A stretch of 64,000 nt of DNA from Octopus bimaculoides (lineage: Eukaryota), in NCBI RefSeq assembly GCF_001194135.2, contig NC_068982.1:48621308-48685307 (forward strand), written 5' to 3'. A program made the translations under genes and the position numbers. How positions within the stretch are numbered: position 1 is the stretch's first letter; the number at the start of each line of letters is the position of its first letter. Positions 10,574 to 24,906 of the stretch are shown here, one piece after another. A model generated the notes under the pieces. It worked only from the letters and a program-made list of their open reading frames with translations, did not search any database and was not told where the DNA came from.

Positions 10574-13500
10574 TCTATACATGCATACATGCATTCGGGT
10601 ATCACATTGTAAAGGTGTGAGGGTGTCACATAGAAAGCTTTGTTCATTGTTCAGGACCTTTCTGCTCTCTTTTCAAATATGGCCAGAGTCAACTTCATCA
10701 TTCAGCACTGTGAAGCCAATAGAAAAATACCAATCCAGTGTGGAGGATGTTTATTTCTCTCTCTCTCTCTCTCTCTCTCTCAGAAAAAAGATATACTGTC
10801 CTGTGAGAAAGGTTATGGTGGACCAATCACAAAATATCTCTCTCCAGAAATAGGTAAGGGAAGAGAAAAGGACTATATTTTCTATAAAACATTTTCTATA
10901 AAGCAAAGAAAATAAGAGACTGATATCTGCTAATGTAGTAGGAATATTTAATATTGCACAATTAGGGTTCATATATTTTTTATTTAGTCAATAGTTTTAT
11001 GAAGCTGACATCAATAGTTTCATACCAGCAATATATACTCAAAGGCTAGAGTAGAGAGGCACTAGGAAGGCAGTAACTCTAAGAACTGACTCAGGCTGCA
11101 ATAACCTGTCTAACCCATACACACACAGAAAAGGGTACATATAATGATGATACACACACGCACATACACACACACTTACAAACCACACAAGAGCACACAC
11201 ACATATATCATGTATTCCTTGCATTTATACTTCTTCATATATATAGTATTTTTAACTCTTTACATGAAATGATAACACGAACACACATACACACATAAAC
11301 AAATACACACACACACACACACACACGTGCATATGTTTACAGCTGTTGATAAACAACATAATGTTTAAGTGCATGAATATGAAATGCGTTAATTTTTATT
11401 GTGTCCTCCTTTAAATTCATAAGCATGCACATCCCTCTAACCATCCATTCAAACACAAAATCAATATACTTGCCATACATAATTAGAGATGACTGTATCT
11501 GTTTCCAGCAGATCTCTTTAAATATCATTCTTTCTATGTAATTAAAGGGTTAACTCAAGAGTTCCACTGGATTTTGCCTCACACAATTAAGATAATAAAA
11601 ACTTGCTTTTATATTGTGTAAGATACAATTAATGGGAAATAGCCTATAGACAGAGTTGAAATTCTTGGTGTAAGGAATAGCAAATACATACATATATACA
11701 TACATACATACATACATACATACGTACATACATACATACATACATACATACATACATACTTGCATGCATGCATCTATACATACAGATAGAGAGATATACG
11801 TGCGCACACTCACATGTATACTCTCACACACACACATATATGTGTGACAAATGCATGGCTGTATGATTAAAAAGTTGGCTTTGCAACCATGTGGTTCTGG
11901 GTTCAATCATAATGTGTGGCACTTCATGCAATTTTATCTACTCAACTGATGCTTCATGTATGAATGTATGTATGAATATGTATATAGGTACGTATGTGTG
12001 TACGTATATGTGTGTATGTATGTGTGTGTGGATGTATGTATATACATACAGATAGACAGATAGATATAGATATACAAAGACAGAAAGTGGGGATGGAGGA
12101 GAGAGTGAAGGGTAGAGAAATATGCTTATATATATGTGTGAATGTACATAGACTTAAACGCAGATGCAAATATACATGCAATATTGAAAATAACTGCATC
12201 GTAATTGATAAAATGCTTATACCGAAAATCTAGTTCAGCAATAATATGAGTGTGCACAGGCATGCATATATCAATATGAGTGAGTATCAGAGAGAGAGAG
12301 GGAAAGAGAAGAAAGAGATGAAGAAAGGTGTAAAGAGACATATATTTGCATGTTTGTCAGCCAGGAAATGAAACCTGAATGGCTCACAGCCCCACCTCCC
12401 TGTCACTGAAAAAGGTGTTAGATAACATTCATTTTTTTTTTTTTGCTGCTGGCTCAAACACCCAACTTAACTCTGATCAAGTAAATCTATGCCCAGAGAC
12501 CTTACAATCCTAACTGTCAAGCCTTTCTTTTCTTTTCTTTTTTTTCTTTTTACATTTTTGACAGTTACACTTTATCTAATATGTCCTTCCCTATTTAGCA
12601 CAATAGAGCATGATTTGAGAGAGATGTGACTGCTATTTCTTGCATGCCAAGAAAACCACACAGAGATTCCCACATGGACTATCAGAACATTCCATAAGAT
12701 CAGGTGGTGGTGTTGACAGTTAATTGTTTGTGGAGGGCTTCTAATCTAGCTATGTTGATCTTCAAATATTTTGTTGTTGAAATGTTGGGTCGCTTTGGTG
12801 GGTAAGTAAGTAAGAAAATAGATAGACAAACAGATAAACAGACAGGAAGGCATTCAGACACATAAACTGATAGACTTTGGATGTACACTATTGTGAATTG
12901 GGATTAAGCAAAACACTATTAGCTAGAGTATTTATTTAATGCTGAATCTGAGTTAGTTGTCACTCTTAAAATTTATTCTTTCTGTGTGGTTTAGTACAAA
13001 ATGATTCCAGACCTGGAAATTTGCGATGCCTGCTTTAGATCTTGGTCGGAGCTGACACTGGACTAACAACAACAAAATTACTATAAGCATAATGCAAATT
13101 AATAATAAATGTTGGGGGTGAAAATAGTATGCATATAGTAAAAGTACAGAACAAAGCAGAGAATGGCCATAGACGATTTTCTACTATGTTGTTAAGCTTT
13201 TTAGAAATGTGGATCTTATACATGAAACTCTGAAATGTGTTTCACTGCAGGCTTGTCTAAACACTGCTAGTAATGGAAAAGATTAAATTGATACTAATCT
13301 TAAAGATGGTGATGATGATCAAACACTCAAACCCATCATCACTTAACCACAAACACACACACACACACACACACAAACATACATACACACACATGTACAT
13401 AGACACACACATGTATATACACACAGAAACATGTATACATATATGCATGCATGTACATATACACACTCATATATATACATGTATACAAATATAAATACAT

Positions 13501-13715
13501 ATATATACATATATAAATGCATATACATATATACATGTGTGTGTGTCTGTGTGTATACATACCTTATTTAATAATAGTTTAACTCAGCTCCATGTAATTT
13601 AAAGTCACGCAGGCTCGCAGAACCCATATACATACATACATATTATATGCATAAACATATATTATATACATAAACATATATATTATACATATAAACATAT
13701 TATATACATACATAT

Positions 13716-13895
13716 NNNNNNNNNNNNNNNNNNNNNNNNNNNNNNNNNNNNNNNNNNNNNNNNNNNNNNNNNNNNNNNNNNNNNNNNNNNNNNNNNNNNN
13801 NNNNNNNNNNNNNNNNNNNNNNNNNNNNNNNNNNNNNNNNNNNNNNNNNNNNNNNNNNNNNNNNNNNNNNNNNNNNNNNNNNNNNNNNNNNNNNN
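13716..13895. other. Assembly gap within TA-rich microsatellite
   Basis: Run of N. Confidence 1.
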
Positions 13896-13962
<67 letters not shown>

Positions 13963-14368
13963 TACATATATACACACACATACACATATATGCATCTAAT
14001 TATGTTCGTGTATGTGTTCATAAAAATATAAAAATACTGTTATATTGCATATTTGTCCATAAGATATGTTGATTTTCCTTCTCTTTATGCTTGATTTTCT
14101 TCTCTCCTTGTTCCATTCTAACACATACAGACAAATATATTGAAACATATACTCACCTAAAAAAATAAATGTATTTATGTTAATTCATACTTACATATAC
14201 TTTCATACAAAATAAGTCACCTGCAACCTGCATGTTTCCTTATTCGCTACCACTTCAGTGCACATATATTCATGTTATATAATAACATAGTCACCTACTT
14301 CACTATAAGCACTCACATATTTATTTAACATCCCTTTGAAGTACTCATATACATACTTATGTACATAC

Positions 14369-14569
14369 ATCTTTCACTTATATTAGTCATTGGACTGTGG
14401 CCATGCTGGAGCACTGCCTTGAAAGATTTTAGTTAAAGGGACTGATCCCCAGTATTTCTAGTTTCTAATGACTGGTACTTCTTATTCTATTGATCTCTGT
14501 TGCTGAACTGCTAAGTTACAAAAATGTAAACAAACCAACACCAGCTGTCAAGCAGAGAGGAGGTTAGAA

Positions 14570-14610
<41 letters not shown>

Positions 14611-14758
14611 ATACACAATGGGCTTCTTTCAGTGTTGGACAACCAAATCCACTCACAAGGTTTTGGTTGGCCTGGGGTTATAGTGCCACAAAGAAGGACT
14701 GAACCTAGAACCATGTGGCTGGGAAGCAAACTGCTTACCTCACAACCATACCTGCACC
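14369..14758 (-). mobile_element. tRNA-derived SINE (family 1, most abundant), full length with internal (CA)n
   Basis: Reverse complement of the GGC.TGGCTGTGTGGTAAGAAG..TGCTTCCCAACCACATGGTT.TGGGTTCAGTCC head, CCTTGGGCAAG motif, and CAGCATGGCC.CAGTC.AATGACTGAAACAAGTAAAAGA tail. Confidence 0.8.
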
Positions 14759-14832
14759 TACATACATGCAAAGATATATAGACACAAGCTTGACTATATG
14801 CTCACCATGTTTATTCATCCACTTCAATGCAT

Positions 14833-14878
<46 letters not shown>

Positions 14879-15965
14879 TGCATACATTCCTACTTACATT
14901 TGCACACACATACATAGACACAAACTTGATTGTGCACACACACACATATACACACACACATTTAGCAACTCTTCAATGTATGTATATACTCTCTCACACA
15001 CACACACACACACAGATACAAAGCTTATATGCACACAGGCTTATTCACTGTTCCAATCCACATACATACACATATAACATCATACACAAACACAACTTGC
15101 ACATAATATATATAACATAGGCTCAAACCCGACTTTTATGCACACACACACACACATGGTCTTGCTTACCTAAATACTTCCTGTGGTTTTATCACCTTTA
15201 TGAGTTATTTCAGATTATGTACATCAACAAACACACCAAGCCTAAATCTTTATCTCCATAACCCAATCTTAAGCAAAGCACTATTTACTTTCACCCCATC
15301 TTTCCTTTTTCTTTTCTTCTTTTTTTTTTTTTCTTTTACCTCCATCTTAACCTAACTCTCGTTTCTCAATCTTCCTCACCTCAAACCATCAATGCAGTTT
15401 TGGCTCATATTTCATATCAGTGCAAATGATATTCGCGCAGAACTTCTTCCCTTTTTACCTCTTGTTATGTATTTTTTTTTATTTTAATGTTTTATTACAT
15501 GTTTATTTATTTATTCCTTTCCACTTCACCTCATCTTCTACAGGCTTTTCCTTCAAACCAGATCCAACAATATTCCTGATTTCTTATCAGAAGGCATCAG
15601 TTTCTGTAAACTTCATAAATATTTTGTTTTCTCAACCTCTGTATCTCTCTTCCAGTGACTCTACACAATTTGGTTTTATTTCATGCCATTCTAAGTCATT
15701 CCTGCCATATTATTGGATTACCAGCTTTTGTATTTTCTTTCTCATTTTCCTATTACTAATATACACAGAACAGAAGAAGAAAATTCTAATGAAGTAATAC
15801 TAACAACAGAAAAAAGACAAGAAAAAACAACCAAAAATTAATCTAAGACACTGATTTTATAGAAGCCTACAAGAGCCAAAGATCACATCCCGGACTATCA
15901 GCATACTTGGATGTAAAATATACAGTAGGATACGAGATGCTAGTTACTGTTTATATTATGGATAT

Positions 15966-16190
15966 GTGGAGGCACCAAGGCCCAATGGTTAGGGCAACAG
16001 ACTCATGGTTGTAGGATAATGGTTTCAATTCTCAGACAGGGCATTGTGAGTGTTTATTGAGTGAACACACCTAAAGCTCCAAGAGGCTCTGGCAGGGGAT
16101 GGGGGCGAACCCTGCTGTACTCTTTCACTACAACTTTTTCTCACTCTTTCTTCCTGTTTCTGTTATAACTGTATTTCAAAAGGATTGAAC
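15966..16190 (+). mobile_element. tRNA-headed SINE, 5' part of the family ending at 49991-50211
   Basis: GGAGGCACCAAGGCCCAATGGTTAGGGC...GGTTTCAATTCTC head; CACAACTTT.TCTCACTCTTTCTTCCTGTTTCTGTT shared with 49993-50030. Confidence 0.65.
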
Positions 16191-16855
16191 CAAGGAGGAC
16201 TCATAAACTAGTGTCGTCTTTGACACCCCTAAAAAGTCAGGATGGGATGATCATGACAGAAAACCTTTGGTCGTAAGTTTGCTTGATCAGAGTTGATTTA
16301 GGGAGCAACAACAACAGTGACAACAACAACAACAATGCAACAGCAGCAACTATAGTAGCTGCATTATCATTGACTTTCTCTATCGTTGATGCATAAATAT
16401 AAATTAAATACCTTGTTTATTGAATCTATCTCCAGCGTGTCACAGAGAAGCCTTTTAGACATATAAGAGCAGAATGAGATTTAATTATCAATTATCTCTA
16501 CATATCTCACATAATTAAATAATGGATACCAGACAATATGGTTGGATCAAAACTAGATGAGATCATGGCATCATGAGATTGGCAGTTATGGCTTGACATG
16601 CAACTTTTCTGTAGAATTCAGTTAACTGCTTCCATGTTATTGTTCCTGATTAGTTATTATAACTTAACAATAGTACTTTCTTCATACATAGAATGACAGC
16701 AACAGTATTTTGAGCGTATCTCAAAGCTGCACGATAAAAGAAAAGGAAAGGCCTTTACATGGTCACTTGACCTGTTAGAAATAGCGACTAAAAGTTCCTC
16801 AAACTATAAACAATTATCTTAAGGCAATAAATAAAATAAAAAAAACATTGGTAGA

Positions 16856-17247
16856 GGCATGGCTGTGTTGTAAGAAGTCCACTTCCCAACCACATGCTTC
16901 TAAGTTCAGTCCTACAGCATGGCCCCTTGGACAAGAGTCTTCTACTATAGCCCCAAGGGCTGACTAAAGCCTTGTGAGCAGAACTAGTAGACAGAAACTG
17001 AAAAAAGCCTGTCATATGTGTGTGTGTGTGCGTATGTGTGATTATATTTGTATATGTCTTCTATCTTCACTTGATAACTAGTGTTAGCTTGTTTACATTT
17101 CTGTATCTTAGTAGTTCAGCAAAATGACATCAACAGAATAAGTTCCTGGTTTATAAAAATAGGGATTAATCCATTCAGCTAAACCCTTCAAGGCAGTGCC
17201 CCAGTATGGCCACGGTCTAATGACTGAAACAAGTAAAAGATGAAAGA
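16856..17247 (+). mobile_element. SINE family 1, full length
   Basis: Head GGCATGGCTGTGTTGTAAGAAG; tail TGACTGAAACAAGTAAAAGA. Confidence 0.8.
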
Positions 17248-18369
17248 TGTCTCAAAATTGGATGGTAAATGAAAGGAGTTTCTATATAACTCTTAGAAAT
17301 ATCAGCTAAATGTACCTCAAGCTATAATCTAGTTCTTTAGAACCAACCAAAAAGACATGTTGGGTACTTTAGCCCGGGGCACAATATTTCTGTGATCATG
17401 ATTTGAATGGCTTTGATTTAAGATCTTTTCAGTTAGGGCTAAGGCTGACTTGAGCTAAACAACAACTGCACAGCATCAATATAAAACAGTTTCTGTAAAA
17501 TTGCTGTCTTCCTTCCTTCCTCAGTCCCTACTATAAGTTGTCTGCACTGCTCATATGGCCAGCAGCTAAGTTTTCTATCATCATCTTCAGTTTCGAACTA
17601 TACATATATTCAAAGTATTGATTCTGAAGGTAAATAATTCAATATAAATATAGTGATCATTGTTGAAATGATAATTATAAAGGAAGAGCAAATATAAATA
17701 CAATAGGAAAGTCATTAGAAAAGTGTTAATGTTGCAGTTGTGATTCTGTAACTGCAGGTCAGCCATGATTAAACAGACAGACTTATGATTAAGCCTTTTG
17801 ATACCAACTGTCCTGAGATTGTCCCTGCTTCAAACTTCCTGTTTTAAAGTGATCTAAATTAAAACTTTCCATCAAAATTTCATATTAATTTATATTCCAA
17901 ACACCAGTTTATACATTATTTTGAGCAGTAATTGAAACATAGCTAGTGTATTTCAAGAGATATATGGTAACAAATGGGGCCTTCCAGCTGCAACCATCTT
18001 TTTTTTAAATGTAGAATCAGTCATTTTGTAAGACAATGGGATGAGATTTAAGGGAGATTTGGTTGACATTTCTAGTAGATTAAACTACTCTATAAAGGCT
18101 TCCTCATCAATTTTTGATGTTTTTGTTGTTATTTTACACAGGTCAGCAATGGTCATGCAAATATAAAAACTAAAAGTATTCCTGTTCTGACTGTCAGCTA
18201 TTTTTCTTTTAGGTGTAAGGTATATAGGACTACAATGTCCAGTGTATCCTTGTTTATTTCAGATTGTAGGACAATGATGTGAGGGAGACTAGGTTGTTTT
18301 TCTAACAAATTGAGTGATTATTTTCCTTGTTGATTTAAATAATAATGCAGTTAATTACCAGTGAGAAAT

Positions 18370-18738
18370 TATCTTTTATCGTCTATCTTTTACTTGTTTC
18401 AGTCGTTTGACAGTGGTCATGCTGGAGCACCACCTTGATGAGTTGTAATCAAACAAATTGACGCCAGAACATTTTTTTGAAGCCTAGTACTTATTCTATC
18501 AAGCTCTCTTGCCAAACTGTTAAGTTGGTGGGGTCTAAACACACCAATACTGGTTGTCAAGCAGTGTTAAGGGGACAAATACTGACACACACACATATAT
18601 ATATATGATGGGCTTCTTTCAGTTCCTGTCTACCAAATCCACTCACAAGGCTTTGGTCAGCCCAAGGTGCCACACTGTGAAACTGAACCTGGAACCATGT
18701 GGTTGGGAAGCAAGCTTCTTACCACACAGTCACACTTG
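18370..18738 (-). mobile_element. SINE family 1, full length
   Basis: Same head and tail on the minus strand. Confidence 0.8.
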
Positions 18739-19725
18739 TATTCTAAAAACATTTCACTATAAATGTTGATTAAATGTATTCAGTATTATTTCACTTTTGA
18801 GGCAGTAGAAGTAGTCAGTGTGATCCGAGTTCTATGAACTACAGCATTATCAGGTTTTCATTATTCGTAAAAGACAAATAGTTGAGTAATTATTCTCTTA
18901 TCAGTTATCATGAAATGAAATCAGTGTCACCCAACCCATTCAGTGAAGTCAGCTTGTCAGCTTAAAATCATTCATTAACTGACAGAAAAATATGTCTCAA
19001 GGACTCTTCACCTATCCTGGAATATCATTAGAAATCTATTCAAGATTTCATTTAAATATTCTGCTTTATTTTATCAACTTATCTTCTCAACCTGACAGAA
19101 GTGTGCTATTTCTTGCACTAATTGACCCAAATCCTGTCCAAGAACAGTCTGAGGTTTATAAAATTTTTTTTTTTTTTTCCATTTTTATGACCTGCTACAT
19201 CTTGTCATTATCTGCAGCTGTAATCTTTACCATTTCAGCCTAGTTTTCTATTCAGTAATGCTTGTCATTGTAAGTTTCAAATTTTTTTGTCTATATCTAT
19301 CTTTTACATCTGATATCTAGTAAGAACTTGCAAACTGAAGAAGAAATTAGTATTTTTAGCCTTATCAGGTCTCATATAAAGTCACTAATATATAATTGAT
19401 AATTTCTCTCAACCTTTCTGGGAATCTCATTACCTCTCTTGTTTCTATCCATATTCATGACCCTTTACCATTTCCACATATATTCTTGACAAGGAGGGCA
19501 AATTTGTTTTGAATTACTGTTTAAAATCTGACATGATTGACTGCATTTCACAGTCAGCTGGTGTCAAATCAACTTATTGTAATCTATTTTCTTATCAATC
19601 TTCAGCCACACTGTAGCTACTATCTAGTTGTCTGTAGAAGCAGATGCTAATTAAAATGAATATATATATATATATAAACTACAGAGATGTTTTATGAATG
19701 AAAATGAGTCGATCAAATAGATACA

Positions 19726-20103
19726 GGCATGACTGTGCAGTAAGAAGCTTGCTTTCTATCCATATGATTCCAGGTTCAGTCCTACTGTGTCACACCTTGG
19801 GCAAATGTCTTCTACTAAAGCCTTGTAAAAGAATTTGGTATATGGAATCCAAAAGAGGCTTGTCACACACATACACACGCAAATATGTGTGTGTCTTTGC
19901 ATGTGTCTGTGTCTTCCCCCATCACTGCTTGACAGCCAGTGTTAGTTTGTTTACATCCATGTATCTTAACAGTTTGGCAAAAGTGACTAAGAGAATAAGT
20001 ACCAGGCTTAGAAACAAAACATGTACTGGTGTTGATTTGTTCGACTAGAAATCCTTCAAAGCAATGCTCCAGCATGCCTTCAGTATGTAAAAAAAGTAAA
20101 AAG
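19726..20103 (+). mobile_element. SINE family 1, full length
   Basis: Head GGCATGACTGTGCAGTAAGAAGCTTGC; CCTTGGGCAAATGTCTTCTACTA; tail CCAGCATG. Confidence 0.78.
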
Positions 20104-20639
20104 GTAAATGTCACAATAATCACAGCTTATGTATTATAAGTGATGAGCAAAAACAAAATTCAGCTGATGAGAATCGATTAAAAATCAATGCTATATCATA
20201 CATAGCAAATATGCAGAAAAGTTTTCAAAAAATCTTTTGAACTTTGGTAACAGGAAGGCCATAGAGACCATCTGACCATAAAAAAACCTGCCACATGTTT
20301 CATCTAACTGATGTAAGCATGAAAAATGGACATAAAAGTCAAATGAATCAAACAAATGATATGATATATATGTAAATAAGATATAATTGAGATACAGTTG
20401 AATTACGTATTTAAGTTGAAGCACAAAGTCAGTGTGGTATAATCCATACAACTCAAAGTAATATATATATATATATATATGTATATCACTTGTGAGTGAG
20501 ACATTATTGTGAGACTCAGTTATTAACTGAGAGTAGAACTCAGTATACATATGCTTCAGAATGAAGCATTAGTCGAGTACAGAGCAGTAAAAAAAAATAA
20601 TAAAATGACAAAAGAATTAACAATTAACTTGTGAATCTC

Positions 20640-21923
20640 ATTGGCTTACAGCTGTGTCTGCTATAAGATGCTGTGGATTTATAGCTAAATGCTTGAGTAA
20701 CACTATGTAGCTTCATTAGAGCCTTGAATATGAAGTGCATTTCATATTTGAGGATTTTATAAGATTTATGGTTGAAACAACTAAATGCATAATATTTTGA
20801 AAATTTACAGACTTTGTACATAAATTTCTTGATGAATGATATACAATGAATCATTGCTATGCCTCTGTTTTTTAAATTTAAAGACATTAATTAGTCTTTT
20901 AATTAGGATAGAAGGCCTATCTTAAACCCAACTATTCCAGGGGCCCCCTCTGTTGCTACACTGACAAGCCTTTCAAGTGAGAGATTCAACATTGTTTCTT
21001 TCTCCACTTCATCATTAATGTTATATCCTATAACAGTGTCTTTCATTGTTTGAACAATAATTCTATGATGATATTAATTGATTTATCAATATCACATATG
21101 AAAATGGCCACTTGGACCAAATCAGATATATCATATTTTCTGACATACAAGTTAAATTTTTCAGACCAAGATTTATTGTTAAAACAAGACAAAACAAAAA
21201 AGACAACTTTGGAGAACCAGACATTCCATATGAAATGCAGCAGGATTTGGAAAGCTAGTGATATGTTTCAATGTTAACACAGGAAATGTTTATATTATAT
21301 GTTATGTTGACTTGTATGCTTGAAAATACTGCATCTCTGCTTTCACCAATAGCGAGTAACATAGAATCAAATTCTATAATTTTTTCTGACAGCATAATCT
21401 CAATATCTGCTGCAATTTCTTCAACCCATCTTGTTATTGTCCTGTGAGACAAACTAATCTTGTAAAACATATTTAACTTTTCTGGGTATAAAAGTTCACC
21501 CATTGCCAAAAGACATTCTTTTACAAATCCACCATAGGCATAACTTTTTTGAATTCTTTGAAACTTATTTGTAAATAACAGAGCTTGCATGTACAATTTC
21601 TTCAAGTTCTATCTGCCTTTTAGAAAAGAGTATATTTTAGTATTTTAGACAACCAATCTGTTTCATGCCGGCATCGTTTTTTTCTTTTTATTTTATTTTG
21701 CTTTCCAATATCTCCTTTAAATTTACTGTACTTTTAATGTTTTGAAGCGTAATGCTACTTAACATTAAATTCTTTAAAAGCAGAGATATAAGATACACGA
21801 TATATTAAATATATTGGTCTTTTTTACTCCAACAAAGAAGTAATCATGTGTCCTCTTTCACTGGAAATTTTCTCATTTCTTCAGACATTTTCTTCTTTTG
21901 GTTGAAACCATGAGCTGTGACAT
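20640..21923 (-). mobile_element. hAT transposase relic, SPIN/Buster (GTF2IRD2-like) type, multiple frameshifts and stops
   Basis: Minus strand from ATG at 21923: MSQLMVSTKRRK..DYFFV..EFNVK*HYASKH; then YGGFVKECLLAMGELLYPEKLNMFYKISLSHRTITRWVEEIAADIEIMLSEKIIEFDSMLLAIGESRD; then ISDLVQVAIFI..LERLVSVATEGAPGIVG..IHC..IHQE..MHLVVSTINLIKS. These match the family motifs DGEFVKECL, SLSRRTV.RRI, DESTD..QLAIFI, TDGAP.M.G and HCIIHQE. Confidence 0.85.
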
Positions 21924-22318
21924 CAAAAATTAAAATTAAAAAAAATACTCGCTTTTGACTTACTATTCTATTTCTATTACTTTTAATGACTTGTTGCAAC
22001 TGTAATTACATGCTTCTTCATTTCCTTTCTCTTTCCTTCGTTTTAGTTTTTTTATTTCTCTTCTTTGTCTTTCTTTGCACACTTATACTTTGAAAAGTAT
22101 AAGTGATTGAATATTTGTGGTATACACAAATGCACTCCTGCCATCAAATTGACATTGTCTGTACAGGTGAATGATGTGTCACACGTCAGATGTCAAAGTG
22201 ATCACAGAACAATACAAGATGAAGAATTTTGCTCAAGAACACAATGCACAACGCTGTCTAGCAACTGAACTCATGATTTCATGATTGTGAGAACACCCTA
22301 ACCACCTAGCCATACATA

Positions 22319-22358
<40 letters not shown>

Positions 22359-24193
22359 TACACACATAGAGGGAGAGACATGTGCATATGTATATGTGTA
22401 TTTGCATTCCTACATATTCCTAGTGTCTATGAATTTGTATACATCTTCATGTGTGTGTGTGTGTGAGTACACGCATGTGAATATATATGATGGCGCTTAT
22501 CTACAAATCTGAAGTTGTCAAAGTCTCTTTTCTAATCTATGGTAAACATCATTTAATCATATTTAATATATTGCAACATGTTACTCTTTATAAAAGAATT
22601 CCATTGAAATCATCAGAAAATGGTCCACATATTTCATGTTACTTGTATCTCATGAAAAAGTCTTTGATTTTATGACTATAATTGATTGATGCAAAACATT
22701 TCTTTTATTCTATTATGTTTTCATCTCTTGAACTTCTCTTTCATCTTCAAGTCGTAATTCTTTACCAGCTCCTTAACTTTACTACAATGAGTCATAACCA
22801 AAAGATAGAGAAATCAAAAAAATATAAATATATACAATTATACATATACACATATATATATGTGCATGTTTGTATATGTGTGTGTGCATTAATATATACA
22901 TACATGCATGCATACATGCATGCATACATGCATACATACATGTGTGAGCATCAATATATATATATATATATATATATATACCTATGTGTGAGAATATATA
23001 TAAGTTGTATTTTCTGCACTGTTTTGAGGGGAGAAGCATTTAATTAAATTGCATGAAAATATATGCACAGGTATATATTAAAATGTTTACCTCTATTTCT
23101 TTCAGTTTACCTTTCTTCCCCCATGACAGCGTTCCTATTTAATCTTTATTATTAAAGATTTTTGATATTTCCTTCCTTCTTAATCCTTTAATGTTTAGTT
23201 TTAAACAATAGCGTTCTTAAATATATTAATGTTTCAAGATCTTCTTGGTATTATCATGTCAATGAATTGATAGCAGGGGCATACTGCTTGTGCATTTTGC
23301 AGTCTGCAGCAATGGATAATGAGAATACAGTTATGATCATTGTCATCATATTTTTTAATGGAAACATTTACCGTTTATTTCACATTTTGTATCTATGCCT
23401 TGATTTTTCATTTCTATTTTAGAATTAATTAAACTGCCCTCATCAATTTTCTTGTCTTTTTCTAGGAAGAAGGGTAGATTATGGATTTCTATCTAGAATG
23501 CTAGTACTATACACTCATTTTTTTTTTCTCTTTTGTTAGCTTCAAGTGCAGCAATAGATTCTTGCTGTAAATGTATGGTCAACTGATGAGATGAAAAAGT
23601 ATCATACTTGCATGTCCGATATTATAATACTTAGTGTTTACAACTTTCAATGTTTACTCTGAAATTCATATATTACATCAGTTGTCTAATTTATGACATG
23701 CTATTGGCAAGTTTGTGTATTCATCTTGATAAGATGTATTTTACATTCTAGTTGACTTGCTGGTGGTTGGGTAATTTATTCTATTAATTTGTTTTTAGGT
23801 GTGATACATGTTCTGTTTTATGAATTCTTAATGACATATTCAGCCATTTGAATATTTAGTGCACTTTTTTTTTTTAATGTAGGAAATAAAGAGTGTTTTT
23901 TATAGGGTGTTGTACTTGTGTCACAATAGATAAATTTGTATTTCAATTTATCTTTAGCCTGTTAGGTGTACCAACCTATTCAAGTCTCTTGATATTAATT
24001 GATGCTTGTTTCACTCTTAAGATTGCATTATCTAAAGCTTCATCTCAGAATAGTTCTGACTACAAATATTTTATATCTATGGGGACAATTCCTATCTCTG
24101 CGCATGTATAGGCAAACATTTGTCGGAGTCAGTTTATTATGAAGATTTGCTACATGGATTGTTCTTTATTCCTACATTTATATGGGGAAATAA

Positions 24194-24303
24194 TAATGTT
24201 TATATGCTAACAGAATGTGGTAGTTCTATAAAGGACGATGTTACCGTTGTTATAGCCCCAGGATTTTATAGGACTGCCACATTCTGTTGGCATATAAACA
24301 TTA
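24194..24303 (+). other. Long inverted repeat / RNA hairpin: 40-bp stem, 30-nt loop
   Basis: 24194-24233 pairs with 24264-24303 without gaps; four G.U wobbles on the + strand transcript and no true mismatch inside the stem. Confidence 0.85.
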
Positions 24304-24703
24304 CTATCCGGTACTGTTACTGTTTATCTCTCAGTCAGAGATTTAAAACAAAAAGGGGAAATAGCGTGATCCAAGTTCATGTAAAAACTATGATGAATAG
24401 TAAATTTAAGAAAGGAATTATTTTCAAAATCTTCAAGTCAATTCAAATGTTCTTTCATATTTATTATAACATGTCAACAGCATACATAGTCTATGTAAGA
24501 CTAGGTCATTATCCATCGTTACGCAGTAGGTAAAAATATTTCTTAATCATAAATTGTTGAAAGTGAAAGTCTTTTTTTAAAGTCAGTATTGTGTTGTCTA
24601 TAATGTTGTAAGACATAGAAATACACACACACACACGCACACACATACACACCCACTCAAAAAAATAACTATAAGGATTATTGTTATTATTACTACACAC
24701 ACA

Positions 24704-24859
24704 NNNNNNNNNNNNNNNNNNNNNNNNNNNNNNNNNNNNNNNNNNNNNNNNNNNNNNNNNNNNNNNNNNNNNNNNNNNNNNNNNNNNNNNNNNNNNNNNN
24801 NNNNNNNNNNNNNNNNNNNNNNNNNNNNNNNNNNNNNNNNNNNNNNNNNNNNNNNNNNN
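24704..24859. other. Assembly gap between (CA)n and (TA)n
   Basis: Run of N. Confidence 1.

Positions 24860-24906
<47 letters not shown>

Noticed and set aside
19575-19615. Minus-strand CTGAAGA-TTGATAA-GAAA
   Set aside because: Stem II is only 2 bp and there is no stem I complement.
23893-24180. ISMGT..ANI resembling the PLE RT GxAMG motif
   Set aside because: Short match without supporting motifs in order; could be chance.
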